This document shows, piece by piece, positions 52,807 through 63,408 of a DNA stretch of 64,000 bases (its first letter is position 1; the number at the start of each line of letters is the position of its first letter). The notes below the pieces were generated by a model. It was not told where the DNA came from, ran no database searches, and worked only from the letters and a program-made list of their open reading frames with translations. A program made the position numbers and the translations under genes. The stretch lies in UHGV virus genome UHGV-0171999, one strand, 5' to 3'. The DNA comes from a virus.

Positions 52807-54266
52807 TTCTTAAAATTCTGAATGAAATAGCATCTATTGGACCAACTAAGCAGAAGCAAGCAATTCTGGAAAAGAATAAAGATAATGAATTGCTTAAACG
52901 AGTGTATCGTCTGACTTATTCTCGCGGGTTACAGTATTATATCAAGAAATGGCCTAAACCTGGTATTGCTACCCAGAGTTTTGGAATGCTGACTATTACC
53001 GATATGCTTGACTTCATTGAATTCACGTTAGCTACTCGGAAATTAACTGGCAATGCAGCAATTGAGGAATTGACTGGATATATCACCGATGGTAAAAAGG
53101 ATGATGTTGAAGTTTTGCGTCGAGTGATGATGCGAGACCTTGAATGCGGTGCTTCAGTATCTATTGCAAACAAAGTTTGGCCAGGTTTAATTCCTGAACA
53201 ACCTCAAATGCTGGCAAGTTCTTATGATGAAAAAGGCATTAATAAGAATATCAAGTTTCCAGCCTTTGCGCAGTTAAAAGCAGATGGAGCTCGTTGTTTT
53301 GCTGAAGTTCGAGGTGATGAATTAGATGATGTTCGTCTTTTATCACGAGCTGGCAATGAATATCTAGGATTAGATCTTCTTAAGGAAGAATTAATCAAAA
53401 TGACTGCTGAAGCCCGCCAGATTCATCCAGAAGGTGTGTTAATTGATGGCGAATTGGTATACCATGAGCAAGTTAAAAAGGAACCAGAAGGCCTAGATTT
53501 TCTTTTTGATGCTTATCCTGAAATTAGTAAAGCCAAAGAATTCGCCGAAGTAGCGGAATCTCGTACTACTTCTAATGGAATTGCCAATAAATCTTTAAAG
53601 GGAACTATTTCAGAAAAAGAAGCTCAATGCATGAAGTTTCAGGTCTGGGATTATGTCCCGTTAGTAGAAATATACGGTCTTCCGACGTTTCGTTTAAAAT
53701 ATGATGTACGTTTTTCTAAACTAGAACAAATGACATCAGGATATGATAAAGTAATTTTAATTGAAAACCAGGTAGTAAATAACCTAGATGAAGCTAAGGT
53801 AATTTATAAAAAGTATATTGACCAAGGTCTTGAAGGTATTATTCTCAAAAATACCGATGGATTATGGGAAAATGCTCGTTCAAAAAATCTTTATAAATTT
53901 AAAGAAGTAATTGATGTTGATTTAAAAATTGTAGGAATTTATCCTCACCGTAAAGACCCTACTAAAGCAGGTGGATTTATTCTTGAATCAGAGTGTGGAA
54001 AAATTAAAGTAAATGCCGGTTCAGGTTTAAAAGATAAAGCTGGTGTAAAATCACATGAACTTGACCGTACTCGCATTATGGAAAACCAAAATTATTATAT
54101 TGGAAAAATTCTAGAGTGCGAATGCAATGGTTGGTTAAAATCTGATGGCCGCACTGATTACGTTAAATTATTTCTTCCAATTGCGATTCGTTTACGTGAA
54201 GATAAAACTAAAGCTAATACATTCGAGGATGTATTTGGTGATTTTCATGAGGTAACTGGTCTATGA
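52803..54266 (+). CDS. 30: ATP-dependent DNA ligase, 487 aa
   Basis: Adenylation motif KADGAR; length matches T4 gp30. Confidence 0.95.
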   Translation: MILKILNEIASIGPTKQKQAILEKNKDNELLKRVYRLTYSRGLQYYIKKWPKPGIATQSFGMLTITDMLDFIEFTLATRKLTGNAAIEELTGYITDGKKDDVEVLRRVMMRDLECGASVSIANKVWPGLIPEQPQMLASSYDEKGINKNIKFPAFAQLKADGARCFAEVRGDELDDVRLLSRAGNEYLGLDLLKEELIKMTAEARQIHPEGVLIDGELVYHEQVKKEPEGLDFLFDAYPEISKAKEFAEVAESRTTSNGIANKSLKGTISEKEAQCMKFQVWDYVPLVEIYGLPTFRLKYDVRFSKLEQMTSGYDKVILIENQVVNNLDEAKVIYKKYIDQGLEGIILKNTDGLWENARSKNLYKFKEVIDVDLKIVGIYPHRKDPTKAGGFILESECGKIKVNAGSGLKDKAGVKSHELDRTRIMENQNYYIGKILECECNGWLKSDGRTDYVKLFLPIAIRLREDKTKANTFEDVFGDFHEVTGL

Positions 54267-54451
54267 AAGCTTACTTAGAAACAATTGTCGTGGCTCAAAA
54301 AGAAGGTGGAGATGTTTCTACTTCTGTATCGCAAATCGTTCTCGAATTTGTAGATGCATATGCTTATAATAAATTCACAGAAACATTTGATGCCTATGAA
54401 AAAGGACCAAAGTTTGAAATATACCGCACTCTCTTACCAATAGATTATTAA
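54263..54451 (+). CDS. hypothetical acidic protein, 62 aa
   Basis: ATGA overlap with ligase stop; followed by a hairpin. Confidence 0.45.
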   Translation: MKAYLETIVVAQKEGGDVSTSVSQIVLEFVDAYAYNKFTETFDAYEKGPKFEIYRTLLPIDY

Positions 54452-54467
54452 AGGCCTTCGGGCCTTT
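54450..54467 (+). terminator. GC hairpin with UUCG loop (AAAGGCCTTCGGGCCTTT)
   Basis: Identical hairpin sequence to 7387-7404; sits between early block and the late promoter. Confidence 0.5.
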
Positions 54468-54472
54468 AATTT

Positions 54473-54480
54473 TATAAATA
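54473..54480 (+). promoter_or_regulatory. T4 late promoter TATAAATA upstream of the Alt-family genes
   Basis: TATAAATA 24 nt upstream of the first Alt-like start codon. Confidence 0.6.
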
Positions 54481-54503
54481 GAATAAACACTAGAGAGGAT
54501 ATG

Positions 54504-56597
54504 ATGGAACTCATTACAGAATTATTTGACGAAGATACTACTCTTCCGATTACAAACTTAAATCCAAAGAAGAAAATACCGCAAATTTTTTCAGTTCATG
54601 TTGATGACGCAATTGAACAACCAGGCTTTCGTTTATGTACCTATACATCTGGAGGTGATACTAATCGCGATTTAAAGATGGGCGATAAAATGATGCATAT
54701 TGTTCCTTTTACATTAACTGCTAAAGGCTCAATTGCTAAATTAAAAGGTCTCGGTCCAAGCCCAATTAATTACATCAATTCAGTTTTTACTGTTGCAATG
54801 CAAACAATGCGTCAATATAAAATTGATGCCTGTATGCTTCGTATTCTTAAGTCTAAAACTGCTGGCCAAGCTCGTCAAATTCAAGTTATTGCTGATAGAC
54901 TTATCCGTAGTCGTTCAGGCGGCAGATACGTCCTTCTTAAGGAACTCTGGGACTATGATAAAAAGTATGCATATATTCTTATACATCGCAAAAATGTATC
55001 ACTAGAAGACATTCCAGGAGTTCCAGAAATTAGTACCGAGCTCTTTACTAAAGTTGAATCGAAAGTCGGTGATGTTTATATCAATAAAGATACCGGAGCT
55101 CAAGTAACTAAAAATGAGGCAATTGCAGCATCTATTGCGCAAGAAAATGATAAACGTTCTGACCAAGCTGTAATCGTTAAAGTTAAAATTTCCCGTAGAG
55201 CAATTGCACAAAGTCAATCGTTAGAATCTTCTAGATTTGAAAGTGAATTATTCCAGAAGTATGAATCTACCGCAGCTAATTTCAATAAACCTGCTACCGC
55301 TCCTTTAATTCCCGAAGCAGAAGAAATGAAGCTTGGAATTAATTCATTAGCTTCTAAAACTAAGGCAGCAAAAATCATTGCCGAAGGAACTGCAGATGAA
55401 CTTCACTATGATTATAAATTCTTTTCAAAAAGTGAGGTTAATGAAGTTTCTGAAAAAATTAAAGATGTAATTCTTAATGCGATTAAAAATGAACCGACTA
55501 CTTCAATAAAATGTTTAGAGAAATACGCAGCAGCTGTTAATCAACTCTTTGAAGAATATAAAGATAATTGGCTTGATAAACATAATAAAACACGTAAAGG
55601 ACAGCCAGATGAAGTCTGGGAAGAAATAACTAAAAATTCCTGGAACGCAGCAAAAACTAAATTCATCAAAAGAATGATTTACAGCTTTTCTGGAATTGGT
55701 GCAGGTCCAATGATTGATATTACTATTGCCCGCGATGGTTCTAAATATACTCCATCACAAAAGCGCGGCATTAGAGAGTATTGTGGTTCAGGATATACTG
55801 ACATCAATAATCTTCTTTTAGGACGCTACAATCCAGAACGATATGATGTAATGAGTGAAAAAGAAATTGAATCTGCTATAAATAACTTAGATTCAGCTTT
55901 TGAAAATGGTGACCGTATACCAGAAGGCATTACAGTTTATCGTGCTCAAAGCATGACTGCTCCTATATACGAAGCACTAGTTAAAAATAAAGTGTTCTAT
56001 TTCAGAAATTTTGTATCTACTTCTTTAACTCCTATCATTTTTGGACGTTTTGGAATTACACATGCTGGTATTGGTCTTTTAGAACCAGAAGCTCGTAATG
56101 AATTAACAGTTGATAAAAATGAAGAAGGAATAACTATTAATCCAAGCGAAATAAGAGCGTATAAAGAAAATCCTGAATACGTTAAAGTTCAAATAGGATG
56201 GGCAATTGATGGAGCTCATAAAGTTAATGTTGTATATCCAGGAAGTCTCGGAATAGCAACAGAAGCTGAAGTAATTCTACCACGCGGATTGATGGTCAAA
56301 GTCAATAAAATAACTGATGCTTCTAATAATGATGGAACAACATCTAATAATACAAAACTCATTCAAGCTGAAGTTATGACTACGGAAGAACTCACCGAAT
56401 CAGTCATTTATGACGGTGACCGTCTAATGGAAACTGGTGAAGTAGTTGCAATGACAGGTGATATTGAAATAGAAGACAGAGTTGACTTTGCATCATTTGT
56501 TTCATCAAATGTTAAACAAAAAGTAGAATCATCTCTTGGAATTATTGCATCTTGCATAGATATTACAAACATTCCTTACAAGTTCGTTCAAGGATAA
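54504..56597 (+). CDS. Alt-family ADP-ribosyltransferase paralog, 697 aa
   Basis: N-terminal ~230 aa highly similar to the downstream copy; C-terminal ART-like motifs (YRAQ, FVSTSL, EAEVILPRG). Confidence 0.8.
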   Translation: MELITELFDEDTTLPITNLNPKKKIPQIFSVHVDDAIEQPGFRLCTYTSGGDTNRDLKMGDKMMHIVPFTLTAKGSIAKLKGLGPSPINYINSVFTVAMQTMRQYKIDACMLRILKSKTAGQARQIQVIADRLIRSRSGGRYVLLKELWDYDKKYAYILIHRKNVSLEDIPGVPEISTELFTKVESKVGDVYINKDTGAQVTKNEAIAASIAQENDKRSDQAVIVKVKISRRAIAQSQSLESSRFESELFQKYESTAANFNKPATAPLIPEAEEMKLGINSLASKTKAAKIIAEGTADELHYDYKFFSKSEVNEVSEKIKDVILNAIKNEPTTSIKCLEKYAAAVNQLFEEYKDNWLDKHNKTRKGQPDEVWEEITKNSWNAAKTKFIKRMIYSFSGIGAGPMIDITIARDGSKYTPSQKRGIREYCGSGYTDINNLLLGRYNPERYDVMSEKEIESAINNLDSAFENGDRIPEGITVYRAQSMTAPIYEALVKNKVFYFRNFVSTSLTPIIFGRFGITHAGIGLLEPEARNELTVDKNEEGITINPSEIRAYKENPEYVKVQIGWAIDGAHKVNVVYPGSLGIATEAEVILPRGLMVKVNKITDASNNDGTTSNNTKLIQAEVMTTEELTESVIYDGDRLMETGEVVAMTGDIEIEDRVDFASFVSSNVKQKVESSLGIIASCIDITNIPYKFVQG

Positions 56598-56600
56598 ATC

Positions 56601-58658
56601 ATGGAACTTATTACAGAATTATTTGACGGCGCTTCGGCGCCGGTTGTTAACTTAAATCCGAAGCATAAAATACCTCAAATTTTTGCTATTCAAGCAGGCG
56701 AAGAAAGTGTGCTTCCTGGATTTAGATTTTGTACATACACCTCCGGTGGTGATACAAATAAAAACGTTAAACCAGGCGATAAAATGATGCATATCGTAAT
56801 GATAGGTGTCAACGAAAAATTATCATTAGTCAAACTTAAAAACTTGGGTGGAAATCCAATTGGTGTCATTAATGCGGTTTTTGATACTGCTCTTCAAACA
56901 ATGAAACAGTATAAAATTGACGCATGCCTATTCCGCGTACTAAAAAGTAAAACAAATGGCGCAGCTCGTCAAATGCAAGTTATTGCTGACCGTTTAGTAC
57001 GTACTAAAGGAGCAGGTCGATATGTTCTTTTAAAGGAAATCTGGGACTATGATAAAAAGTATGCATATATTATGGTTTACCGTAAAAATGCTAATTTAGA
57101 AGACATTCCAGGTGTACCTCCTATTTCAACAGAGCTATTCACAAAAGTTGAATCAAAGGTCGGTGATGTTTATGTAGACGTTAAAACAGGTAATGCTGTT
57201 CCTAAAGCTGTCGCAGTTGCTGCTTCTATTGCTTTGGAAAATGATAAACGTACTGATCAAGCGGTTATTCAGAAAACTAAAATCAGTCGTCGATTAGCAG
57301 CACAAGCTCAATATTCTACTGTCGATGCTTCGCTCCAGGGTGATAGCTTCGCTGCCAAGAAATATCAAGAGTTTGAATCTAAAGTTCCGGTATATAAAGC
57401 AGAAGGACCAATGAACTCTGGTGTTATTCAGATTGGTTCCAACTTCAGCAAAGGAGCTATCGGTGGTATGAGAAGTGCTTCTCGTTTTAAATCTAACGAT
57501 TATGAACTAGAAAGCTTCCGAAATCATATTGCATTGGCCCATGCGCGTTTACGTGACCCATCTATCAAGCTGCAGAGCGATATAACATATCAAGGTTCTC
57601 AAGAATATTTAAAGAATAAAGAATTCTTTGATTATAAAACTGATAAAATTTTAAGCGATCTTGCTGACATTAATATTTCTAATAGCTTTGATGTTATTAA
57701 GAAAATTGTCAATGATTTAGTTAAAGGTTCTAAAGCCACGCCAGATGAAAAGGTAGCTATTGTTCAATTTGTCATGAATGGCATTTATAAATTGATTAAT
57801 GAGTCTGCTTCTCAAGCGTATGAATATGCAAGTACTGAAGTACCCCCAAAAGGATTAACTCAGGCTGAGTCCGATGTAATTGAAGATTATTGTGCAGATT
57901 CATATGTTGAAATGAACTCGTTCCTTTTGGGTAAACCAGATTCTACCCGTGAAGAATACATGGAACGAGCTATTAAACACATCGAGACAATGGATTCTGC
58001 CTTTGCCAAAGGATCAGTTCTTCCTCCAGGAACTACACTTTACCGTGGGCAAGAAGTTACCTTTAAAACTTTACGTCATAATATTGAAAATAAAATGTTC
58101 TATTTCAAGAACTTCGTATCCACATCGCTTAAACCAAATATCTTCGGTGAGTATGGTAAAAACTATATGGCTCTAGATGATTCCGGAACAGTATTTTCTG
58201 GTGAAGGAGAAGGTTCAGTTGATGCTGAAGATTTAATGCATATGGGTAGTCATTCTGCATATGCTAATGAAGATGCTGAAACTAGCGTAGGTATGGTAAT
58301 AAAAGGAGCTGAGCGAATTAAAGTTATCGTTCCAGGTCATTTATCAGGATTTCCATCAGAAGCTGAAGTTATTTTACCACGTGGAATTTTGCTGAAGATT
58401 AATAAAGTGAGCACGTATATGATGAAAGAAACTGCTTATAACAAGTATTTAATCGAAGGCACAATCGTTCCTCCTTCTGAACAATTAGAAGAATCGGTAT
58501 ATGATGGTGATCATCTAATGGAAACTGGTGAAGTTCGTCCAATGGCTGGATTTAATCAATTCCTTGTAGAAGAATCAAAAGAAGAGGAAAACGAAGTTTC
58601 TCAAATCTTGGCTTCTTTGGTTAACATCAACGGAATGTCTAAAAAGTTCAAGATGTAG
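56601..58658 (+). CDS. alt: Alt ADP-ribosyltransferase (virion-packaged), 685 aa
   Basis: Alt-family N-terminus MELITELFD; ART motifs LYRGQ, FVSTSL, EAEVILPRG; adjacent to gene 54 as in T4. Confidence 0.8.
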   Translation: MELITELFDGASAPVVNLNPKHKIPQIFAIQAGEESVLPGFRFCTYTSGGDTNKNVKPGDKMMHIVMIGVNEKLSLVKLKNLGGNPIGVINAVFDTALQTMKQYKIDACLFRVLKSKTNGAARQMQVIADRLVRTKGAGRYVLLKEIWDYDKKYAYIMVYRKNANLEDIPGVPPISTELFTKVESKVGDVYVDVKTGNAVPKAVAVAASIALENDKRTDQAVIQKTKISRRLAAQAQYSTVDASLQGDSFAAKKYQEFESKVPVYKAEGPMNSGVIQIGSNFSKGAIGGMRSASRFKSNDYELESFRNHIALAHARLRDPSIKLQSDITYQGSQEYLKNKEFFDYKTDKILSDLADINISNSFDVIKKIVNDLVKGSKATPDEKVAIVQFVMNGIYKLINESASQAYEYASTEVPPKGLTQAESDVIEDYCADSYVEMNSFLLGKPDSTREEYMERAIKHIETMDSAFAKGSVLPPGTTLYRGQEVTFKTLRHNIENKMFYFKNFVSTSLKPNIFGEYGKNYMALDDSGTVFSGEGEGSVDAEDLMHMGSHSAYANEDAETSVGMVIKGAERIKVIVPGHLSGFPSEAEVILPRGILLKINKVSTYMMKETAYNKYLIEGTIVPPSEQLEESVYDGDHLMETGEVRPMAGFNQFLVEESKEEENEVSQILASLVNINGMSKKFKM

Positions 58659-58687
58659 TTTACAAGTCTCTCGTGTTGTGTTATAGT
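58658..58687 (+). promoter_or_regulatory. T4-type early promoter
   Basis: GTTTAC 58658-58663 overlapping alt stop, 18-bp spacer, TATAGT 58682-58687. Confidence 0.6.
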
Positions 58688-58711
58688 AGACTTACTGACA
58701 TAACATGAGGA
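58658..58711 (+). repeat. 54-bp promoter/leader cassette, copy B
   Basis: 53 of 54 nt identical to 43389-43442. Confidence 0.9.
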
Positions 58712-58718
58712 ACACAAA

Positions 58719-59009
58719 ATGAAATCTTCTTTGCGCTTTTTAGGTCAAGAACTTGTAGTTGAAGGCGTTATTCCTGTTGATAACGCTTTTAATGAAGCAG
58801 TTTATGATGAATTCATTAAAATTTTCGGAACCGATAAAAAGTTTGGAATTTTTCCTTCTGAAAATTTTTCAAAGCCAGAACAGACTGAAAGTATTTTCCA
58901 AGGTGTAGTAACAGGTAAATTTGAGTCAGAAGCTCCGGTAAAAATTGAAGTTTATATTGAAGACAGTTTAGTTGCTTCAGTTGCTGCTTTTATTTCATTC
59001 CGTAAATAA
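58719..59009 (+). CDS. hypothetical protein, 96 aa
   Basis: ATG after GAGGAACACAAA; convergent with gene 54. Confidence 0.5.
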   Translation: MKSSLRFLGQELVVEGVIPVDNAFNEAVYDEFIKIFGTDKKFGIFPSENFSKPEQTESIFQGVVTGKFESEAPVKIEVYIEDSLVASVAAFISFRK

Positions 59010-59015
59010 AAATAT

Positions 59016-59033
59016 GGGGACCTTTCGGTCCCC
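59016..59033. terminator. bidirectional GC hairpin between convergent genes
   Basis: GGGGACCTTTCGGTCCCC between the 96-aa ORF (+) and gene 54 (-). Confidence 0.55.
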
Positions 59034-59037
59034 ATTG

Positions 59038-60003
59038 TTATATTGCTCCTAATATTTTACTTTGCGAGTTGACAATTCCCGTCATAGTATTAATGTTTGA
59101 AATGCTTCCTGCAGTTCCTCCTAATCTACTAAGTCGTGAAAGCGAATTAGATAATCCAGTAACACCTCCACTATTTCCGAGAACGCTTTGAATGCCATTT
59201 ATAGCAGCAGATTCAAGCCACTCAAGCGCAGCTTGTCTATCAACTGACCCAGCCTGCATGACTCTATACGCAAAAGTAACATCAAATGTAGTTATTTGGT
59301 TATCTCCATCGTATGATAACTCAGGAGCGCTCACTGACACTGGAATGCATCCGGTGAACATCACCGCAGTATGAGGTAATCCATTACGAGCATGAAGATT
59401 AACCTGAATATCTGCCTCGACATCTTGTGGCAAAGCACGCAATCCAGTTACTGGGTCTTGAACAGAGTTAACCCAGTCTTGCATTGCACGATAGTTACAA
59501 GCTTCTGAATCCATTCTAAATGAAATAACCAAAGGGTCTAATTCTCTCCCAGTTATACGAATATTAGGAGAATTATAGTTCCAGTCAGTTTCATAGGATA
59601 ATCTATTCTCTGGCATTTTTACAGAATATATCATCAATCCAGATGAGTTATATGCCATGTTAAAGAAGTCAATTAAATATGTACCAACTGTAAATGAGCC
59701 CAATAAACTTTGAACTGTACGTTGACTCATGGCACCAATAAGATATTTACTAACTCCTGATTTTCTTATCAGTTTTTGTGTGCCAGCAGTAATTAGCGTG
59801 GTAATTCCCTGATTAATATCGCCTTGAGTCAATCCTAACCAATCTGAATTTAGGCCCAAGTTATTATAAGAAAAGTTGCTAATTGAACTTATCAACGAAG
59901 AGCTTTTAGTTGATGGAGTTGTGGCAAAAACGCAGCTAAACATATTATTACGTTGGAAATCTGCGTTTATTGCTTGATTATTAAATTCCTCTAAAGAATA
60001 CAT
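59038..60003 (-). CDS. 54: baseplate tail-tube initiator gp54, 321 aa
   Basis: Length and order 54-48-29-28-27 match the T4 baseplate module. Confidence 0.88.
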   Translation of the reverse strand: MYSLEEFNNQAINADFQRNNMFSCVFATTPSTKSSSLISSISNFSYNNLGLNSDWLGLTQGDINQGITTLITAGTQKLIRKSGVSKYLIGAMSQRTVQSLLGSFTVGTYLIDFFNMAYNSSGLMIYSVKMPENRLSYETDWNYNSPNIRITGRELDPLVISFRMDSEACNYRAMQDWVNSVQDPVTGLRALPQDVEADIQVNLHARNGLPHTAVMFTGCIPVSVSAPELSYDGDNQITTFDVTFAYRVMQAGSVDRQAALEWLESAAINGIQSVLGNSGGVTGLSNSLSRLSRLGGTAGSISNINTMTGIVNSQSKILGAI

Positions 60004-61097
60004 TAAAAAGTCCCCGCATATAAAGAAGCACGGTTTAACGTGATAATTTCTCTCATAGTAATCTCAAGAGTAAATGTACTAGGGAGGTTTGGAGCAATAG
60101 CTAATCCGTTAAAGTTACCATTAGGTGTTTTATCAAATCTGATGCTCTGTATTTGGCATGGACCAAATATTTCAGTTTTTCCATCAAACTTAGATGTTGC
60201 ACCAAAGTTTTTCACCATCCAAATTGTCGGGTTTGAAACTACTAGAACGTTAGTTAAACTCGATGTCATTTTCTCAAATAGTGTTTTATTTTTAGCTGCG
60301 TCTTCCGGAGATAAAGGTTCAATTAACGTAGAACGATACCAATCATCCAAATACCCCTTTATTTCAGCAGCATATTGAGATTTGCCCGTTTTACCATAAG
60401 AAAAATAGTTAAAATATTGATAGATATTGATAATAGCCATCAAATCTTCTGTTGAGCGTGGAGTCAAATCCCATGTAAACACTTTAGTTCTATTCTCAGC
60501 ACCACCATACATACTTCTGGCTGTCGTATAAATCTGTTCATTATTATCAGCCATTATACCCTGTGTTATACTTTCCAGTGCCCCAAATACTGCAGTTGAA
60601 GCAATATTACTTAACACGCCAGTAGCAGTACCTCCGCCTCTGCTGATAAGACTTTCTTGAACATCGTTAAATCTATGTGATGATGTATCAACATCAGATT
60701 TAGATCTCGGTAAAAGAATGTTTGCGACAGGAGCTTTACTTATTGTTCCTGAATTATTGTTTGATATTAATCCATTTGATAGTTTTGATACTGTACTACT
60801 AATAGTGTTTCTAGCTGTACTTAAAATACTCGAAGATGAAGAAGAGTAGTTAGATCTCATCGATCTAAGACTTCCAGAATCCCTAGATGACATATTGTAT
60901 GCAGTAAATAATAATCCATTCTTATATAGATCTGTTACCTGGAAGTCCCCTGTAGTGTCATTACCACTAGCACGCCCAGTTGGAAACTGGGCAGTGTATG
61001 TTTTAGTTGCTACTTCTGATTTAGTACTCTGTCCGGCTGAAATTTTCTCACCGGACTTTTTAATTAAATCAGCAGTTATTTCTTTAACAATTGCCAT
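60003..61097 (-). CDS. 48: baseplate tail-tube junction protein gp48, 364 aa
   Basis: Length matches T4 gp48; between genes 54 and 29. Confidence 0.88.
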   Translation of the reverse strand: MAIVKEITADLIKKSGEKISAGQSTKSEVATKTYTAQFPTGRASGNDTTGDFQVTDLYKNGLLFTAYNMSSRDSGSLRSMRSNYSSSSSSILSTARNTISSTVSKLSNGLISNNNSGTISKAPVANILLPRSKSDVDTSSHRFNDVQESLISRGGGTATGVLSNIASTAVFGALESITQGIMADNNEQIYTTARSMYGGAENRTKVFTWDLTPRSTEDLMAIINIYQYFNYFSYGKTGKSQYAAEIKGYLDDWYRSTLIEPLSPEDAAKNKTLFEKMTSSLTNVLVVSNPTIWMVKNFGATSKFDGKTEIFGPCQIQSIRFDKTPNGNFNGLAIAPNLPSTFTLEITMREIITLNRASLYAGTF

Positions 61098-61105
61098 ATT
61101 ATTCC

Positions 61106-62878
61106 TTAATTAACTCCAGTCGCATCAAATACACCAGGAGCAGTCGTGCTCGTTACGGGTGTCATATTATGAACGACAGTATTTTTCTTAACAACATTAT
61201 TAGTATTATTGATCGAAGGAGATGCTTGTTGAACAGGAGCTTGCTGTGCTTTATTCTTTTCTATTACCTGGACTTGTTTTGCTTCTGGCGATTTAGCAGA
61301 AGTTTGAGGTTTGGCATTAGGCTGATTTTTCTTGAGCTCTTGATAAGTAGCATCAATTTTAGAAAATCTAGCAGCAAGTTCTTTTTTAACTGCCGGTGAA
61401 TTATTTAAATCCGGGTCATCCATTCGTTTTTTAAGGTCTTCATAGGCAGCTTCAACTGATTTAACTGTTGAGTCTTTACTCATATCAGCTGAATCAGCAT
61501 ATTTTTCAAAACGAATCATCGCGGCACGGGCTTCATTAGCCTTCATTAAAGCATTTTTTCTTTCTTCTGGTGAAAGTTGCTTTAATTTTTCTTCTTCTGC
61601 TGCACGTTCTTCGTCGGTAGTTAGTGCTTCTTTATTATCAACGCCACGAATCCAGTTAGATGCACGAGTTTTCCAATTAGCAATTTTATCTAATCCTTTT
61701 GCTATCGGACCAAGGTCTCCGTTCATTCGTTTATCTTGATAATTTGCAACTTTTTCCTGGTCTTCTTTATTGAGAGATGCTCCAGTAGAATTTTGGAAAT
61801 TTTCTAGTGCTCTTCCTTCTACTTCATCAGCAGTATCCTTCATGCCAGGAATGACTCGAAGAATTGCAGCAGATAATTTAGCCATTCCAAGCTGAATAAG
61901 TTCTCCTAAATTATAAAGAACCTTTCCAAGCCCTTCTACAATAGCTACCGTCAAACCGCCCCAATCTCCCTCTTCCCAGAATTTTTTAATTTCATCAATA
62001 GAACTAAAGATGCTCTGTAATAAAGGACCCCATGTTCCGGTTTCGCTAGAGAATTTAGTAAAGTTTGAACTAAACAAATCCCAAGCCTGCGAAAATTTAT
62101 TTGACCAATATTTGAAATGAACCATCAACAGATCTATTCCGACAACAACAGCCAATATCATTGCAGTCATTTTAGCAGCTTCAATAGCAGCACTGACAGT
62201 ATACTTAAATAGCATGCTTGATATTTTATCAGTAATTGAAATAGATTTCTTAAATCCGAAATCAACAGTCTCTGTTAATTTATCTAAAGCTTGAGATAAT
62301 TTTAAGTTAAATGCGTCCTTTTTCTGTTTTTCTTCTGGCGATTCTTGTTTAGGTTCAACTGGCTGAGGAGTAGGGAAAAAATCAGCATCAGGATCATTAT
62401 TAACTGCTTCAGGAGCCGGTAATAAAGGACCCACAGATTCAGCTGTATCGTCCTCAACAACTTTAACAGGAATAGCGCTTTCAACCGTGGCTAAACTAGT
62501 TCCTGTTTGTTGAATTCCGGCTGTTTGGATTTTTTGCTCGAGTAAACTTGTTAATTTATCTAATTTGCTCCCGAGCGATTCACCGATTTCTTTATTAATA
62601 TTATTGCCAATTTCAACAGTTTCAGCAATTAACTCAGAACCAGCAGTAGTATCACTCACTGCGCTTTCTACGTTGTCAATTGCTCCAATTATTTCATTCG
62701 ATTTTTCTTCAACAGTTTGAGCAATTAATTCAGAAGCAGCTTGAGCATCATCCAATTTCGTAGATATATCGTTAAGTCCAGATAAAGTGTTGGAAGCGGA
62801 TTTAGCCGCTTCCTGTGTTGGTTTATTATCTGAAATAACTTTTCTACGCATCGTTTGCATTTCTTGTGGCTTTTTCAT
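61106..62878 (-). CDS. 29: baseplate hub subunit / tail length determinator gp29, 590 aa
   Basis: Length matches T4 gp29; extended helical Ala/Glu/Lys-rich region. Confidence 0.88.
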   Translation of the reverse strand: MKKPQEMQTMRRKVISDNKPTQEAAKSASNTLSGLNDISTKLDDAQAASELIAQTVEEKSNEIIGAIDNVESAVSDTTAGSELIAETVEIGNNINKEIGESLGSKLDKLTSLLEQKIQTAGIQQTGTSLATVESAIPVKVVEDDTAESVGPLLPAPEAVNNDPDADFFPTPQPVEPKQESPEEKQKKDAFNLKLSQALDKLTETVDFGFKKSISITDKISSMLFKYTVSAAIEAAKMTAMILAVVVGIDLLMVHFKYWSNKFSQAWDLFSSNFTKFSSETGTWGPLLQSIFSSIDEIKKFWEEGDWGGLTVAIVEGLGKVLYNLGELIQLGMAKLSAAILRVIPGMKDTADEVEGRALENFQNSTGASLNKEDQEKVANYQDKRMNGDLGPIAKGLDKIANWKTRASNWIRGVDNKEALTTDEERAAEEEKLKQLSPEERKNALMKANEARAAMIRFEKYADSADMSKDSTVKSVEAAYEDLKKRMDDPDLNNSPAVKKELAARFSKIDATYQELKKNQPNAKPQTSAKSPEAKQVQVIEKNKAQQAPVQQASPSINNTNNVVKKNTVVHNMTPVTSTTAPGVFDATGVN

Positions 62879-63408
62879 TCAAATAATCCAATAATATTGC
62901 CAATTCCGGTTATTGGACCATTAGGGCCAGGAATTGCTAAAGTTGTAAAAATATCATTTGCCCATTTTAAAACGAATGCTGGCATCTCAAGAAAATTAAT
63001 TTCTTTAACTTCATCATTGACCTTAAGCAAGCATTTGGATAACATATCGCTCACCGTTAAAAATTGTTCAAATTTTCCAGGAGGTCTAAAATAAAATGTA
63101 TTTCCTTGGTATTGAAATTCTAATCTTTGGCATACATAAACATCATTAATGTCATAAGTATAACCATCTATTTCTTTACGAGATTTAATCTTTCCATTAA
63201 ATTCCAATAAATGAATGGAAACGAAATCAACTTCTGCCGGTGATAAATTCGGACAAATAGAATCAATAAGAAGTTTTAAATTTTCATCAGGACCTTTAAC
63301 ATCTTTTAAAATGTTATAATGTTTAAGACCCATTTTAGGAATAGAAACTTCTTTATTGCTTATTGGAAGAACTACTTTCTTCAGTGGTAGTATCAGATTT
63401 AAATTCAT
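62875..63408 (-). CDS. 28: baseplate hub distal subunit gp28, 177 aa
   Basis: Length matches T4 gp28; ORF overlaps the gene 27 3' end, so the true start may be internal. Confidence 0.8.
   Translation of the reverse strand: MNLNLILPLKKVVLPISNKEVSIPKMGLKHYNILKDVKGPDENLKLLIDSICPNLSPAEVDFVSIHLLEFNGKIKSRKEIDGYTYDINDVYVCQRLEFQYQGNTFYFRPPGKFEQFLTVSDMLSKCLLKVNDEVKEINFLEMPAFVLKWANDIFTTLAIPGPNGPITGIGNIIGLFE

Noticed and set aside
61091-61399. 102-aa + strand ORF opposite the gene 29/48 junction
   Set aside because: Low-complexity, antisense to baseplate genes, no translation signals.
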